Origin: Promethearchaeota archaeon
GTDB taxonomy: Archaea > Asgardarchaeota > Lokiarchaeia > Sigyniarchaeales > SOKP01
NCBI GenBank assembly: GCA_048940445.1
Contig: JBHLON010000035.1
Coordinates: 1 to 32,829, forward strand
DNA: 32,829 bases
Reading direction: 5' to 3'
The position numbers and the translations under genes are program-made. The notes under the pieces were generated by a model that was not told the origin of the DNA, did not search any database, and was given only the letters and a program-made list of their open reading frames with translations. How positions within the stretch are numbered: position 1 is the stretch's first letter; each line of letters starts with the position of its first letter. Shown here piece by piece: positions 17,494 to 27,444 of this stretch.

Positions 17494-18792
17494 ATGGATA
17501 CAAGGATCAATGAATTTGAAAAAATAAGAATTCAAAGATATGTCCCCGAGCTTGACTTGTTATACAATCCTGTTCTAAATACTGAAGAAAAAGAGTTTTT
17601 AGCTCAATTTTACAATTTTTTAGAAAATGAACTTGATAAGGAGCTAAATAAATTAGAAGAATTAAACTATTACATGGAAGAACCTATTGAAGATAAAAAG
17701 AAAGATATTGTTATAGGTATCATGAAAAAATTAGCTGAAAAGGGTTATTATTCAACTATTCTAAATACTGAAGAATTTGAGGTTGGAAGGATCACAAGAA
17801 ATGCTTTGATTGCTTATGCTTTATGTGGAGGGCGTTGGAGTGAACAAAGTGAAAGATATATTGCAGGTAATTATAGTATTGAGATGGGGAGACTAGCAGG
17901 AGGCACTCTATATTGTAATCCTGTCAATTATGCTTCAAATGAATGGCAAAATGAAAGTTTTTTAGTGCCTGTTGCTACAGATGGACAAATTGGAGCTTCA
18001 GCTATGACAGAATTCAATGCAGGATCAGATATTTTTAGAATGGAATTAAGACTACGTGAAGAAGAAGATAAAATAATTGCGAGAGGTAAAAAATTATTCA
18101 TTACCAACGGAATGATTGCAAATTATATCATTTTATATGGAAGATTAGATAATGGAGAACTTGGGGCAGTAGTTGTCAATACTGATAATCAGAAGTTAAA
18201 AAATTTTAAAAGCACAAGAATCAGCACTTATGGAATGACTGATGCTTTCGTAAGTCGTTTAATATTTGATGATGCTGAAATTCCAAAAGAGAATCTTCTG
18301 CATGGACACGGTTTAGATATTGCCTTTCATCAACTTACAGAAGAAAGGCTAGTTATAAGTGCTGAAGCACTAGGAGACGCCATGAAAAAATTATTATATT
18401 CACATGCTTATGCCTTACAAAGGGTACAATTTGAAAAAAGATTGCATCAGTACCAAGTTATAAGATATCCTATTTCGGAAAAAATTCGGGAATTAAACTT
18501 ACATATTTCTGCATTAATTAATTATGCAAGACAACTTGATGAGCATCCTGAACTAGGAAGTTCAAAATTAATGGCATCGAACGCTATGGGATTAAAAGTA
18601 AGTGCTACAGAATTGGGTTTTGAAAGTTCGATACATTGTTTTAGAACTATGGGAGGACGTGGATTTACAAGACAATATGCTAATGAAATCGGACTTCTTG
18701 ATCCCTATTGCATGGTACATGGCGGTGGCTCGAATTATGTATTGGGGGATAGTGAATCTAGAAGACTTTTTAGGTATAAATCATCAGGTTAA
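17494..18792 (+). CDS. Acyl-CoA dehydrogenase family protein
   Basis: 'AMTEFNAGSD', 'GKKLFITNG', 'EERL', 'RVQFEK.L..YQ', 'MGGRGF'. Confidence 0.9.
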   Translation: MDTRINEFEKIRIQRYVPELDLLYNPVLNTEEKEFLAQFYNFLENELDKELNKLEELNYYMEEPIEDKKKDIVIGIMKKLAEKGYYSTILNTEEFEVGRITRNALIAYALCGGRWSEQSERYIAGNYSIEMGRLAGGTLYCNPVNYASNEWQNESFLVPVATDGQIGASAMTEFNAGSDIFRMELRLREEEDKIIARGKKLFITNGMIANYIILYGRLDNGELGAVVVNTDNQKLKNFKSTRISTYGMTDAFVSRLIFDDAEIPKENLLHGHGLDIAFHQLTEERLVISAEALGDAMKKLLYSHAYALQRVQFEKRLHQYQVIRYPISEKIRELNLHISALINYARQLDEHPELGSSKLMASNAMGLKVSATELGFESSIHCFRTMGGRGFTRQYANEIGLLDPYCMVHGGGSNYVLGDSESRRLFRYKSSG

Positions 18793-18916
18793 AGATATGA
18801 TTAAAAACTTTAAAAAAAGCATTCAATCTTAATTTACTTGCCTTTTTTCATTTCAGTTTTATCATAAATCTCTAGAGAATTAATTTTTAAATAATCCAAT
18901 TTAATTAGAAAAATTA

Positions 18917-19888
18917 ATGGATTATTATTATAATTTTGAAGATTTTGATATATTTCCTTTAATTAAGGGATATGAAGGAACGAAAATAGAAGATATGTTT
19001 CAAAATTATGAGATTATAAAAAATTCAATGGGTGAATTCATAGAATTAACATGGAATGAATCGTTATGTGCTTGTAATATTGATCTCAATAAGTCAAAGA
19101 TAAATTTATTACAAAACCTTAAAACAGTTTACTATATTGGAGATAAAATTGAAAGAAAATTAATTAAACGAGGAGTAAAATCGTTATATGATTTAAAAGT
19201 TAATTTTAAATATATGCATTCAGCGAATACTCTTTTAAATCTAATTAAAAGAAAAGATTATAATAATTTATGTGAAAATAGATATATTAATGATTTAGAT
19301 GTAGCTTTTTGTTTCGAACTAGAAGACCTATTGTTTCTTGATATAGAAACAATGGGCACATATAATAGTCCTATTATAATAATGGGAATTGGATTTTTCA
19401 AAAATAAAACTTTTGAGATTCACATTCTATTTGCTCGAGATTTTTCTGAAGAGATTGCAATACTTGAGCATTTTAAAAATCAAATTCTCCCTTGTTTTAA
19501 ATGTTTTGTATCTTATAATGGAAAAAGTTTTGACATTCCTTACATCGCCAATCGATTTCTTTATTATTTCGAAGATAATCCGATGATTACAGACCAAGAC
19601 ATTCCTTATGAAGCCTCTAACACAATATTTCATCATATCGATTTATATCATAATTGTAGAAGGAAATTTAAAGAAAAATTTGAAGGATTTACTCTCACGA
19701 ACATCGAAAGGAAGATATTAGATATAAAGAGAAACCTTGATATTCCAGGAGTTTTAGCTGGCTTATTCTATAAGAAATATCTGGAAGAACCATTTACATA
19801 TGGAGGATTAATCAAAAAAGTTATTGAACATAATTATTATGATGTCTATTCTATGCCCTTGATTCTTCACAAATTAATAGAAGAATGA
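18917..19888 (+). CDS. YprB-like RNase H-fold (DEDD) exonuclease with an HhH-like motif
   Basis: 'LFLDIET', 'VSYNGKSFDIPY', 'HIDLYH', 'L..IE..IL...R..DIPG', 'HNYYDV'. Confidence 0.88.
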   Translation: MDYYYNFEDFDIFPLIKGYEGTKIEDMFQNYEIIKNSMGEFIELTWNESLCACNIDLNKSKINLLQNLKTVYYIGDKIERKLIKRGVKSLYDLKVNFKYMHSANTLLNLIKRKDYNNLCENRYINDLDVAFCFELEDLLFLDIETMGTYNSPIIIMGIGFFKNKTFEIHILFARDFSEEIAILEHFKNQILPCFKCFVSYNGKSFDIPYIANRFLYYFEDNPMITDQDIPYEASNTIFHHIDLYHNCRRKFKEKFEGFTLTNIERKILDIKRNLDIPGVLAGLFYKKYLEEPFTYGGLIKKVIEHNYYDVYSMPLILHKLIEE

Positions 19889-19937
19889 TCTAATTTTTAG
19901 ATTAATTCTTATAAAAGATGAAATCGTATTATTATCT

Positions 19938-21122
19938 ATGGTGAAGAAGCACAATAATTATGATGTTACATTAGATACATTAAAGCTTATTAAGTCAAAA
20001 TTAAAATCTTTAGAACATCTTTTTAATTCTAAGTCTTGTTTTTTAGGCTTTGATGGGTATGTTGATTCTCTTTATGATCTAGTTCAAGAAAGAATTAATA
20101 AAAAAGAGTGGTTAAGGATGGAAAGTATGAGAACATTTGGAGAACTTGCATTAAACGTGTCAGGAAGTTCCGCAAACGTCGAAAGAGTATTGAAAAAAAG
20201 AATCTTTGGCGGTTTCGCCCCCAATACTAGTAGGGCATTAAGTGCATTTAATGTTAAAATATATTTAGTGGCAGCATTAGGATATCCAACTTTAAGTGAA
20301 CACTATAAGCAAGGTCTAAATGTAAAGTTTTTTCCGATTGCGAATCCCGGTGAAACAGTAGCTTTAGAGTTTAATGATGGCAAAATTATGATAACGGATT
20401 TTGAAAATATTTATAATATTAATTGGGATTCGCTGATGGTGCGAGTTCCTCAAGATCAGCTAATTGAAATAATTAATAATTCAAACATTCTTGGATTTGG
20501 TCATTGGGCTCTTGTTCCTAGCTTGAATGATATCTGGAATAATTTAATCAAAAATATTTTACCAAATATTAATGATTTGAATAAAAAATTATTTTTTGTA
20601 GATATTGCTGACATTAAAAAGCGTAAAGTTGAAGATATTATTGAAATGGGAAAGATTTTGCAAAAAGTAAATGAACATATCCCTGTTATTCTATGTGCAA
20701 ATGATCAGGAGGCAAAAAAACTCTCAGAAGTTTTTTTAAAAGTAGAAATTATAGATACTTCTAAAAGGAACTTTAAAGACTTTGTTGAATTAGGTAAAAA
20801 ACTCAATAATGTGTTGAAATTGTCTGCTTTTGTAATACATTCACCACATTTTGCTACAATTTCAACTCTAGATGAACATTTCTGGGTTACAGAAGCTTAT
20901 ACTTCCAGACCAAAATTTACTACAGGAGCAGGAGATCATTTTCATTCAGGCACAATTTTAGGATTATCTTGTGGACTCACACCTGCAGAAGCAATTTTAA
21001 TAGGCAACGCGTTAGCTGCTATTTTTGTCAGAACAGGTAATTCTCCTAACTTTTCTTTGCTTATGAAATTTATTTATAGGTATGAAGAGTTTTTAGAAGA
21101 TGATATTACTGATTTTCCTTGA
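19938..21122 (+). CDS. PfkB/ribokinase-family carbohydrate kinase
   Basis: 'GFDGYVD', 'GGFAPN', 'N..EA', and the PfkB signature 'TTGAGDHFHSG'. Confidence 0.85.
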   Translation: MVKKHNNYDVTLDTLKLIKSKLKSLEHLFNSKSCFLGFDGYVDSLYDLVQERINKKEWLRMESMRTFGELALNVSGSSANVERVLKKRIFGGFAPNTSRALSAFNVKIYLVAALGYPTLSEHYKQGLNVKFFPIANPGETVALEFNDGKIMITDFENIYNINWDSLMVRVPQDQLIEIINNSNILGFGHWALVPSLNDIWNNLIKNILPNINDLNKKLFFVDIADIKKRKVEDIIEMGKILQKVNEHIPVILCANDQEAKKLSEVFLKVEIIDTSKRNFKDFVELGKKLNNVLKLSAFVIHSPHFATISTLDEHFWVTEAYTSRPKFTTGAGDHFHSGTILGLSCGLTPAEAILIGNALAAIFVRTGNSPNFSLLMKFIYRYEEFLEDDITDFP

Positions 21123-21167
21123 TTTTGGAAGTTGAAAAACTTAATTTATTTTCTAATATTCTTATAG

Positions 21168-22865
21168 ATGATATTTATGAGTAGTTTAGAAGAAAAGCTA
21201 TTTGACCAGACATGGAACCAAAAGTCAAGAACCTCAATCTTGAATGACTTAAAACAAAAAAGTTATGATATAATAGTAATTGGAGCTGGTATCACAGGTG
21301 CAGGGGTAGCAAGAGAAGCAGCTATGAGGGGATTGAAAGTAGCCATAGTAGACATGCAAGATTTCTCTGCTGGAACCTCTTCAAGAAGTTCGAAGTTAGC
21401 ACATGGAGGTATCAGATATCTTAGTCATGGAGACATGGATTTAGTAAAAGAAGCAACGAGAGAAAGAAATTGGATGAGAGAACATATCCCTCACTTAGTT
21501 CGTCCTGTTCCTTTTCTTTTTGTGACCCTAAAAGATGGAAAATATAAAAAGCGTGATATAATTGGTGCTTGTAAGATATACGATTTCTTAAGTGATAATA
21601 ACTCAGAATTTAAAAATTTTAAACAACATAAATGGTATTCACCCGAAGAAATATTTAGGATGGAACCAAATTATATTAGAGAAGGAAATTTAGGAGGTGC
21701 TGTGTATTATGATAACAATGTTGATGATGCACGATTAACAATTGAGACAATTAAAGAATCTGTAATTAGAGGTTGTGATGCTCTTAATTATTGTAAGGTG
21801 ATTGGATATCTTAAAGAAAAGGGTAAGATTATGGGTCTCAAATGCAAAGATCTAGAGGAAAATGTAGAGTTTAATATGAATGCTAAGTTGATAGTTAATG
21901 CAACTGGTGTTTGGACTGATCACTTAATAGAAAGTTATCCCAATGAAATTCCAAAACCCTTAATCCGCCCTACAAAAGGAGTTCATTTACAATTTAGGAG
22001 AAAACATATAAAGAATAATATGGCAACAATTGTATTTTCGATTTCAGATGGAAGAGCCTTTTTTGTACTACCACGTAACAAAGATTTCACTATAATAGGT
22101 ACTACGGATACGGATTATAAAGAAGATTTAAAAGTTCCTTTTTGTAATAAAGAAGATGTTGATTATTTAATTGAATCTGTTAAATTTTATTTTCCGAATT
22201 CCGAATTGGATTATAATAATATTTTATCTACATATGCGGGGATAAGGCCATTAGTGATGCAGAAAGGAAAATCTGAAAGTGAAGTCTCAAGAAAACATAT
22301 CATTTTCTTTTCTGATGATGGTTTATTAACTATTACAGGTGGAAAGTTAACTGAATGGCGCGCCATGGCAGAAGATTTGTTTAACCGCATCGAAGAAAAA
22401 AACATTTTCCCAAATATTGGAAGACCAAAACACTTTTCCAGGCAAAAATTTATCATTGGAATAGAAAAAAAAGATTGGATTGAGGAATTGAAAGCATCCG
22501 GAATTGATTTGGATGAAAATATCGCTGATCATTTGTATCAACAATATGGTAGGGGAGCAATTAAAATACTAGAACTTATAAAGGAAAATAATTCACTTAA
22601 GCAAAAAGTTTTTGAAGATCATTATTTTGTGGAAGCTGAAATCATCTATATATTAAGATATGAATTGACAACTCACTTGATTGATGTGTTTTGCAGAAGA
22701 ACTGAAATGGCATTATGGATAAATCATCGAAAGGTTCCAGAAGCAGCTGAAAGAGTTGCGGATATAATGGCAAAAGAATATTGTTGGGACAATGATAAGA
22801 AATATCAAGAGATAAAGCAATTTTTGGATTATATTGCCAAAACAGTCGCTTTTATGAAAGAATAA
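21168..22865 (+). CDS. glpA: FAD-dependent glycerol-3-phosphate dehydrogenase/oxidase (GlpA/GlpD)
   Basis: 'VIGAGITGAGVA', 'DFSAGTSSRSSKLAHGGIRYL', 'DDARL', 'NATGVW', 'IGTTDTDY', 'YAGIRPL', 'SRKH', 'GGKLT..R.MAE'. Confidence 0.93.
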   Translation: MIFMSSLEEKLFDQTWNQKSRTSILNDLKQKSYDIIVIGAGITGAGVAREAAMRGLKVAIVDMQDFSAGTSSRSSKLAHGGIRYLSHGDMDLVKEATRERNWMREHIPHLVRPVPFLFVTLKDGKYKKRDIIGACKIYDFLSDNNSEFKNFKQHKWYSPEEIFRMEPNYIREGNLGGAVYYDNNVDDARLTIETIKESVIRGCDALNYCKVIGYLKEKGKIMGLKCKDLEENVEFNMNAKLIVNATGVWTDHLIESYPNEIPKPLIRPTKGVHLQFRRKHIKNNMATIVFSISDGRAFFVLPRNKDFTIIGTTDTDYKEDLKVPFCNKEDVDYLIESVKFYFPNSELDYNNILSTYAGIRPLVMQKGKSESEVSRKHIIFFSDDGLLTITGGKLTEWRAMAEDLFNRIEEKNIFPNIGRPKHFSRQKFIIGIEKKDWIEELKASGIDLDENIADHLYQQYGRGAIKILELIKENNSLKQKVFEDHYFVEAEIIYILRYELTTHLIDVFCRRTEMALWINHRKVPEAAERVADIMAKEYCWDNDKKYQEIKQFLDYIAKTVAFMKE

Positions 22866-22990
22866 TCTTTTTCTCCTATATTGATTCTTTTGTAATATTA
22901 TGAATTATTGGACTCCACTAAATATATATTTTAATCGGATGATTATCTATATAATAATAAATCTTAATTCAATTTATGGAGTGAAATAAA

Positions 22991-23671
22991 GTGTTTTTTG
23001 AATGGAATTTTGTTGATAATTTCTTTGGACCCTTGGGTACATACGCTGGTTTTTTACTATTGATTTTAGGACTAATGTGGTTGATCTATGCCATCTATGA
23101 GACCAAAAGAAGAGGTTCCTTTGAAAAAAGAAAAGTAGAAGAATGGGAACATGCTGAAGCAACAAAATTTTTGAAAGTACTAACCTATTTTGGATTTGTA
23201 GTCGGAATTTTTAGTTTGTTATGTGGAATTTCTGGTTTATTGTATAATGTACCACCGAGTCAAGCATATATAACTGTCACAGGAAATCATGCTAGCACTT
23301 TTACTTCAATTTTCTTAATAATATTTGGGATTCTTACATTTTTAAAACCTTCAAATGATTTACCTATTCCTTCTATTATAGGAATATTAGCCGCAAGTGC
23401 AGTAATTATCATTCTCGTATCAGCATTATCTCCAAGTTCGCAAGCTTATCAAGTCATTGATGTATTTATATCTGCACAATGGTTTTTCATTATATTATTT
23501 ATCGTTGTTTTTGCAGTAGTAGCGCTCTCAATAAAATTTTATATTGGAACATTAATGAAAATTTCGAAAGTAATATCTTGGCCACCGTTAGCATTTGTAA
23601 TTTCTGCATTTTGTATACTTCAAGGATTTCTTCTACTGGTGGTGGGAGTTTCAATCACTGGTATTTTCTAA
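22991..23671 (+). CDS. Hypothetical multi-pass membrane protein
   Basis: 226 aa with ~6 hydrophobic segments; GGAGTGA RBS 6 nt upstream of GTG. Confidence 0.75.
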   Translation: MFFEWNFVDNFFGPLGTYAGFLLLILGLMWLIYAIYETKRRGSFEKRKVEEWEHAEATKFLKVLTYFGFVVGIFSLLCGISGLLYNVPPSQAYITVTGNHASTFTSIFLIIFGILTFLKPSNDLPIPSIIGILAASAVIIILVSALSPSSQAYQVIDVFISAQWFFIILFIVVFAVVALSIKFYIGTLMKISKVISWPPLAFVISAFCILQGFLLLVVGVSITGIF

Positions 23672-23817
23672 ATTCATTTTTTCTTACATTTAATCTTCCT
23701 TTTTTCCCTTTGCTTTTTTAATCAAAATAGAAAAAATTTAGAACAAAATTTTTATACTTTAAAAGAGCCGATTTATAGACTCCATGATTAAGATTCAGAT
23801 AGAGTTTAAGGAAAAAA

Positions 23818-24936
23818 TTAGAAAAAACTAAATTTACGTGAAGGATTCCTATTAATCTCTCCTATTATTTCTCTGCTTAGATCGTAACCGCAATTTGAAC
23901 ATTTTTTTTGTTCAGTTATATCTATTTTAGTAAAACTATAACCGCTTCTACCTATAATTAAATGATTGCAGTTGGGGCAATACGTATTTCCCCCTTTTTC
24001 ATGCACAATATTTCCGACATACACATAACTAAGTCCTGACTTTTTCGCAACTTCATAAGCTCGATTTAAAGTTTCATATGGAGTTCTTTCATTTGAAGGC
24101 ATTTTAAAGTCAGGATGATAAGCTGAAAAGTGAAGAGGTGTATCTTTTCCTATGTTATTAACCAACCATTCGGTTAATTTCTTGAAATCTTCTTGAGTAT
24201 CGTTTAACTTAGGAATTACCAAATTTGTAATTTCAACATGAATTCCACCTTCTTTAAATCGTTTCGTGGTATCTAAAACTGGTCGTACAGATTTTACCCC
24301 GCATATTTCTCTATAAAAGTCATCAGACATAGATTTGATATCAATGTTTGCAGCATCTATACCGATCTCAATCAATTCTTGCGTTGCTTCGGGCGTAGAA
24401 TATCCATTTGTAACTAATATGGTTTTGATATTACGTTCTTTTAAAAGAGAAGCAGTGTCTAAAATCCACTCATGCCATATAAGTGGCTCATTATATGTAT
24501 ATGCTAAAGTCTCAGCCCCACTGTTTACTACTCTTTTTACTAATTCATCTGGAGTCATTTCTACTAAAGAAATCCCTCGATCGCTATAACCTTCAAGGTT
24601 ATAATGCCCATTCTTTCCATTGTCATTTGGTATAGCCTGCGAAATATTCCAATTCTGGCAATTTTGGCACCGAAATGAACATCCTATGGATGCAATTGAA
24701 TAAGCTGTAGCACCTGGCCAAAAATTATAAAGTGGTTTTTTTTCTATGGGATCTAAGCTCCCCTTAGATATCAATGAACCATATATAAGTGTAAATAATT
24801 CTCCATCGAAATTTTTCCTGGTACGACAAATTCCTAATTTTCCAGGAGTAATTACACACTCATTTGCACATACATGGCATTTTACTTTTAATTCCCCTAT
24901 TTTCTCCCATAATTTAGCTTTCTTTTTCAAATCCAA
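23818..24936 (-). CDS. amrS: AmmeMemoRadiSam system radical SAM enzyme (PFL-activase-like)
   Basis: N-terminal 'C.VC...C......G.C..R', 'DPIEKKPLY.F.PG', 'GCSFRCQNCQNW.ISQ', 'YTYNEP', 'PLHFSAYHP', 'YVYVGN', 'TYCPNC'. Confidence 0.92.
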   Translation of the reverse strand: MDLKKKAKLWEKIGELKVKCHVCANECVITPGKLGICRTRKNFDGELFTLIYGSLISKGSLDPIEKKPLYNFWPGATAYSIASIGCSFRCQNCQNWNISQAIPNDNGKNGHYNLEGYSDRGISLVEMTPDELVKRVVNSGAETLAYTYNEPLIWHEWILDTASLLKERNIKTILVTNGYSTPEATQELIEIGIDAANIDIKSMSDDFYREICGVKSVRPVLDTTKRFKEGGIHVEITNLVIPKLNDTQEDFKKLTEWLVNNIGKDTPLHFSAYHPDFKMPSNERTPYETLNRAYEVAKKSGLSYVYVGNIVHEKGGNTYCPNCNHLIIGRSGYSFTKIDITEQKKCSNCGYDLSREIIGEINRNPSRKFSFF

Positions 24937-25064
24937 TCCACACTCAATACCATTTATTAAATAAATATTAGAATGTTATAATTATTTGTTCATCGGTTTT
25001 AATTTAAAAGTAGATGTCTATATGATTAATAAATTGAAAGATAAATTAGTGGTGACTGAGTTCT

Positions 25065-25958
25065 ATTAACTTTAAAAAAGAGGGCGCTGTAAATAAGAAA
25101 GAAATTGAAGATTTAATAAGAGAATCGAAGGAAAAGCTTGAAAGTTTAGAAAAATTAGGCAAAGATTCCAATTATATTAAAGAATTAAGTAATTTAGCTC
25201 TTCTTCAAATAGAGTTGGAAAATTTTGGACAAGCTGAAAACAATTTATCCATTTGTTTAAGACATTTTAAAATCCAGCGTGATAGATTAGGACAAGCTGC
25301 CTCTTTTGGATTACTTGGTATTTTGTATTATAAGCAAGGAGAATATGAGAAATCAATTAAATTTTATACTCAAGCTCTTGAGATTTATAGGGAATTAAAT
25401 CAGGTCGAAGAGGAAATTACATGTTTAAAAGGAATTGGAAATAATTATATTAAATTAAATAAATTAAATACTGCTTGTGAAATTTTCTTAGACTGTAGTG
25501 CTATTTGTTCAGATAATAATGATATTTACAACTTATTAGATTGCTTAGGAAATTTGACATATATCTACGAGAAACAGGAAAATTGGGAAATTTTAAATGA
25601 ATTGTATCTCAAATCATTAGAAGCCTTTAAACAATTAAAAGATAATAAAGGAATAATTGTCACTAACTTTAATCTAGGGATTCTTCAAAAGAAAAAAAGT
25701 AACTTCAATGGATCTCTGAATTATTTTAAAGAAGGTACAGATATCGCAATAAAAAGTAATTATTCAGAATTGATTATAAAAGGTTTAAGTTATATTGGAG
25801 AGACACTATTTCTTCTTGGGAGGATTAGAAATGCTAAAGATGAATTTATTAAAGCTTTGAAGCTAGCGAAGGATGTTAAAGCTAAGAATGCAATTATTCA
25901 ATTAAAAATTGTTTTGAGGTCTCTTGGCTTGGATGACAATGAATTTGAGGATATATAA
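25065..25958 (+). CDS. Tetratricopeptide repeat protein
   Basis: Repeated 'LG.LY...GEY..SI..Y.QAL.I' units. The frame is open from 25056 and helical repeat sequence extends upstream of the called TTG 25215, so the start is uncertain. Confidence 0.8.
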   Translation: MNFKKEGAVNKKEIEDLIRESKEKLESLEKLGKDSNYIKELSNLALLQIELENFGQAENNLSICLRHFKIQRDRLGQAASFGLLGILYYKQGEYEKSIKFYTQALEIYRELNQVEEEITCLKGIGNNYIKLNKLNTACEIFLDCSAICSDNNDIYNLLDCLGNLTYIYEKQENWEILNELYLKSLEAFKQLKDNKGIIVTNFNLGILQKKKSNFNGSLNYFKEGTDIAIKSNYSELIIKGLSYIGETLFLLGRIRNAKDEFIKALKLAKDVKAKNAIIQLKIVLRSLGLDDNEFEDI

Positions 25959-26019
25959 AAAAATAACCTGAAAAATTAAATAATTATAAATACAGAAATT
26001 ATCTTTTTTCTAATATCTA

Positions 26020-27444
26020 ATGACTCATACTTGTCCTTATTGTAATAAATTAATTGAAAATCATTGGTTATATTGTCATAATTGTGGAAAGCCACTAATT
26101 ACAAATCTAGATGAAATATTAATTAATAAGACTCCCAAATTGTCTAGAGAAAATCCATCTTTCTACTCTAATTTTGAAGAAGAATTACAATATGATACTG
26201 ATTCAATAGAAGAAAAAGAAATTGAAATCAAATTAGCAGAAATCGATAATCAACTACGACAAAAAGAACTTCAAGGAGAGTTAATGGGAAATTTATTATT
26301 AAAAAAGGCTAGTTTATATTATAGCCTAAGAGACTTTTCCAAAGCTATTTCAAACTTACAATTAGCCTTAAAAAATTTTTTGGAAGAAAAAGATTTATCC
26401 CAAATGGCTATTTGTCATAACGAGATAGGGTTAATCCATGAAGAAGAGGGATATTTTGATCAAGCAATTTATCATTTTGATGAAGCTCTTACCATTCTTA
26501 AAGATCTAAAAGATTACAATAAGATCATTCAAGTTTTAAATAATTTAGGAAACGTATATTACTTGATAAAGGATTTAGAAAAAGCATATGGATATTACCA
26601 AGATGCCCTAACACTCGCTGAAGAAAATCACTTTGAATTGGACGCTGTAAAATCAGCGAGTAATTTGGTTGAAATCCTTTTCAATTTTAAAGATTATGAC
26701 AGAATATCAAAAATTCTCAAAAGGAATTCTGAATTTTTTGAAAAAAATCAAGATATTTATGGTGTAATTCAAACTCTCATAAAATACGGGAAATTGAATT
26801 ATTTCATCGGAGAAGTTTATTATGAAGAATCTTACCAACATTTCAATAATGCTTTAGAGTTAATAAATAGTGTACAAGACAGAATCTCAGCTTCTTTAAA
26901 GGCTAAATTAGAATGGGAATGTTACCTTTATTTAGGAAGATTAAATCTCATATGGAACAAAGATGAATTAGCAGAATCTGACCTAATTAGAAGTTTAAAA
27001 GCGATCAGAACTTTTGAAGTAAAAGATCATATAAATGAGGCGATAATATTGGAAGATTTAGCAAAGTTATATTTACTTAAAGGAGATGATATAAAATCTA
27101 TTGAATTTTTGAATTTTGCTATTGATATCTATAAAAAATATGGAGATAAAATTAAAATTGCCGAAATAAAAAGAGAATCGGCGAAAATTTACAATAAGCA
27201 TTTACAAAATCACTTTAAAGCACGTGAAAATTATGAAGAAGCCTTGGAAATATTCGAAAAGCTTGACTACATAAAACAGGCGGCAGAAGTTTTGAACAGT
27301 TTAGGAGATTTATGTTTAGATAACAATAATTTTCAAGAGGCTTCAAATTACTTTAAAAGATCTAAATTATATTATCAAGATTTGCGAGATCAATATAATC
27401 TTGACCTAATTACTGAGAAAATCAAATCATTGAAAGGATATTAA
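26020..27444 (+). CDS. Zinc-ribbon + TPR protein
   Basis: N-terminal 'CPYC...YCHNCG'; TPR units such as 'NNLGNVYY...LEKA..YY..AL'. Confidence 0.88.
   Translation: MTHTCPYCNKLIENHWLYCHNCGKPLITNLDEILINKTPKLSRENPSFYSNFEEELQYDTDSIEEKEIEIKLAEIDNQLRQKELQGELMGNLLLKKASLYYSLRDFSKAISNLQLALKNFLEEKDLSQMAICHNEIGLIHEEEGYFDQAIYHFDEALTILKDLKDYNKIIQVLNNLGNVYYLIKDLEKAYGYYQDALTLAEENHFELDAVKSASNLVEILFNFKDYDRISKILKRNSEFFEKNQDIYGVIQTLIKYGKLNYFIGEVYYEESYQHFNNALELINSVQDRISASLKAKLEWECYLYLGRLNLIWNKDELAESDLIRSLKAIRTFEVKDHINEAIILEDLAKLYLLKGDDIKSIEFLNFAIDIYKKYGDKIKIAEIKRESAKIYNKHLQNHFKARENYEEALEIFEKLDYIKQAAEVLNSLGDLCLDNNNFQEASNYFKRSKLYYQDLRDQYNLDLITEKIKSLKGY

Noticed and set aside
23818-24936. Viperin-like antiviral radical SAM enzyme
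   Set aside because: The motifs (DPIEKKPL, CQNW.ISQ, YTYNEP) match AmrS, and it lies in the core-gene region.
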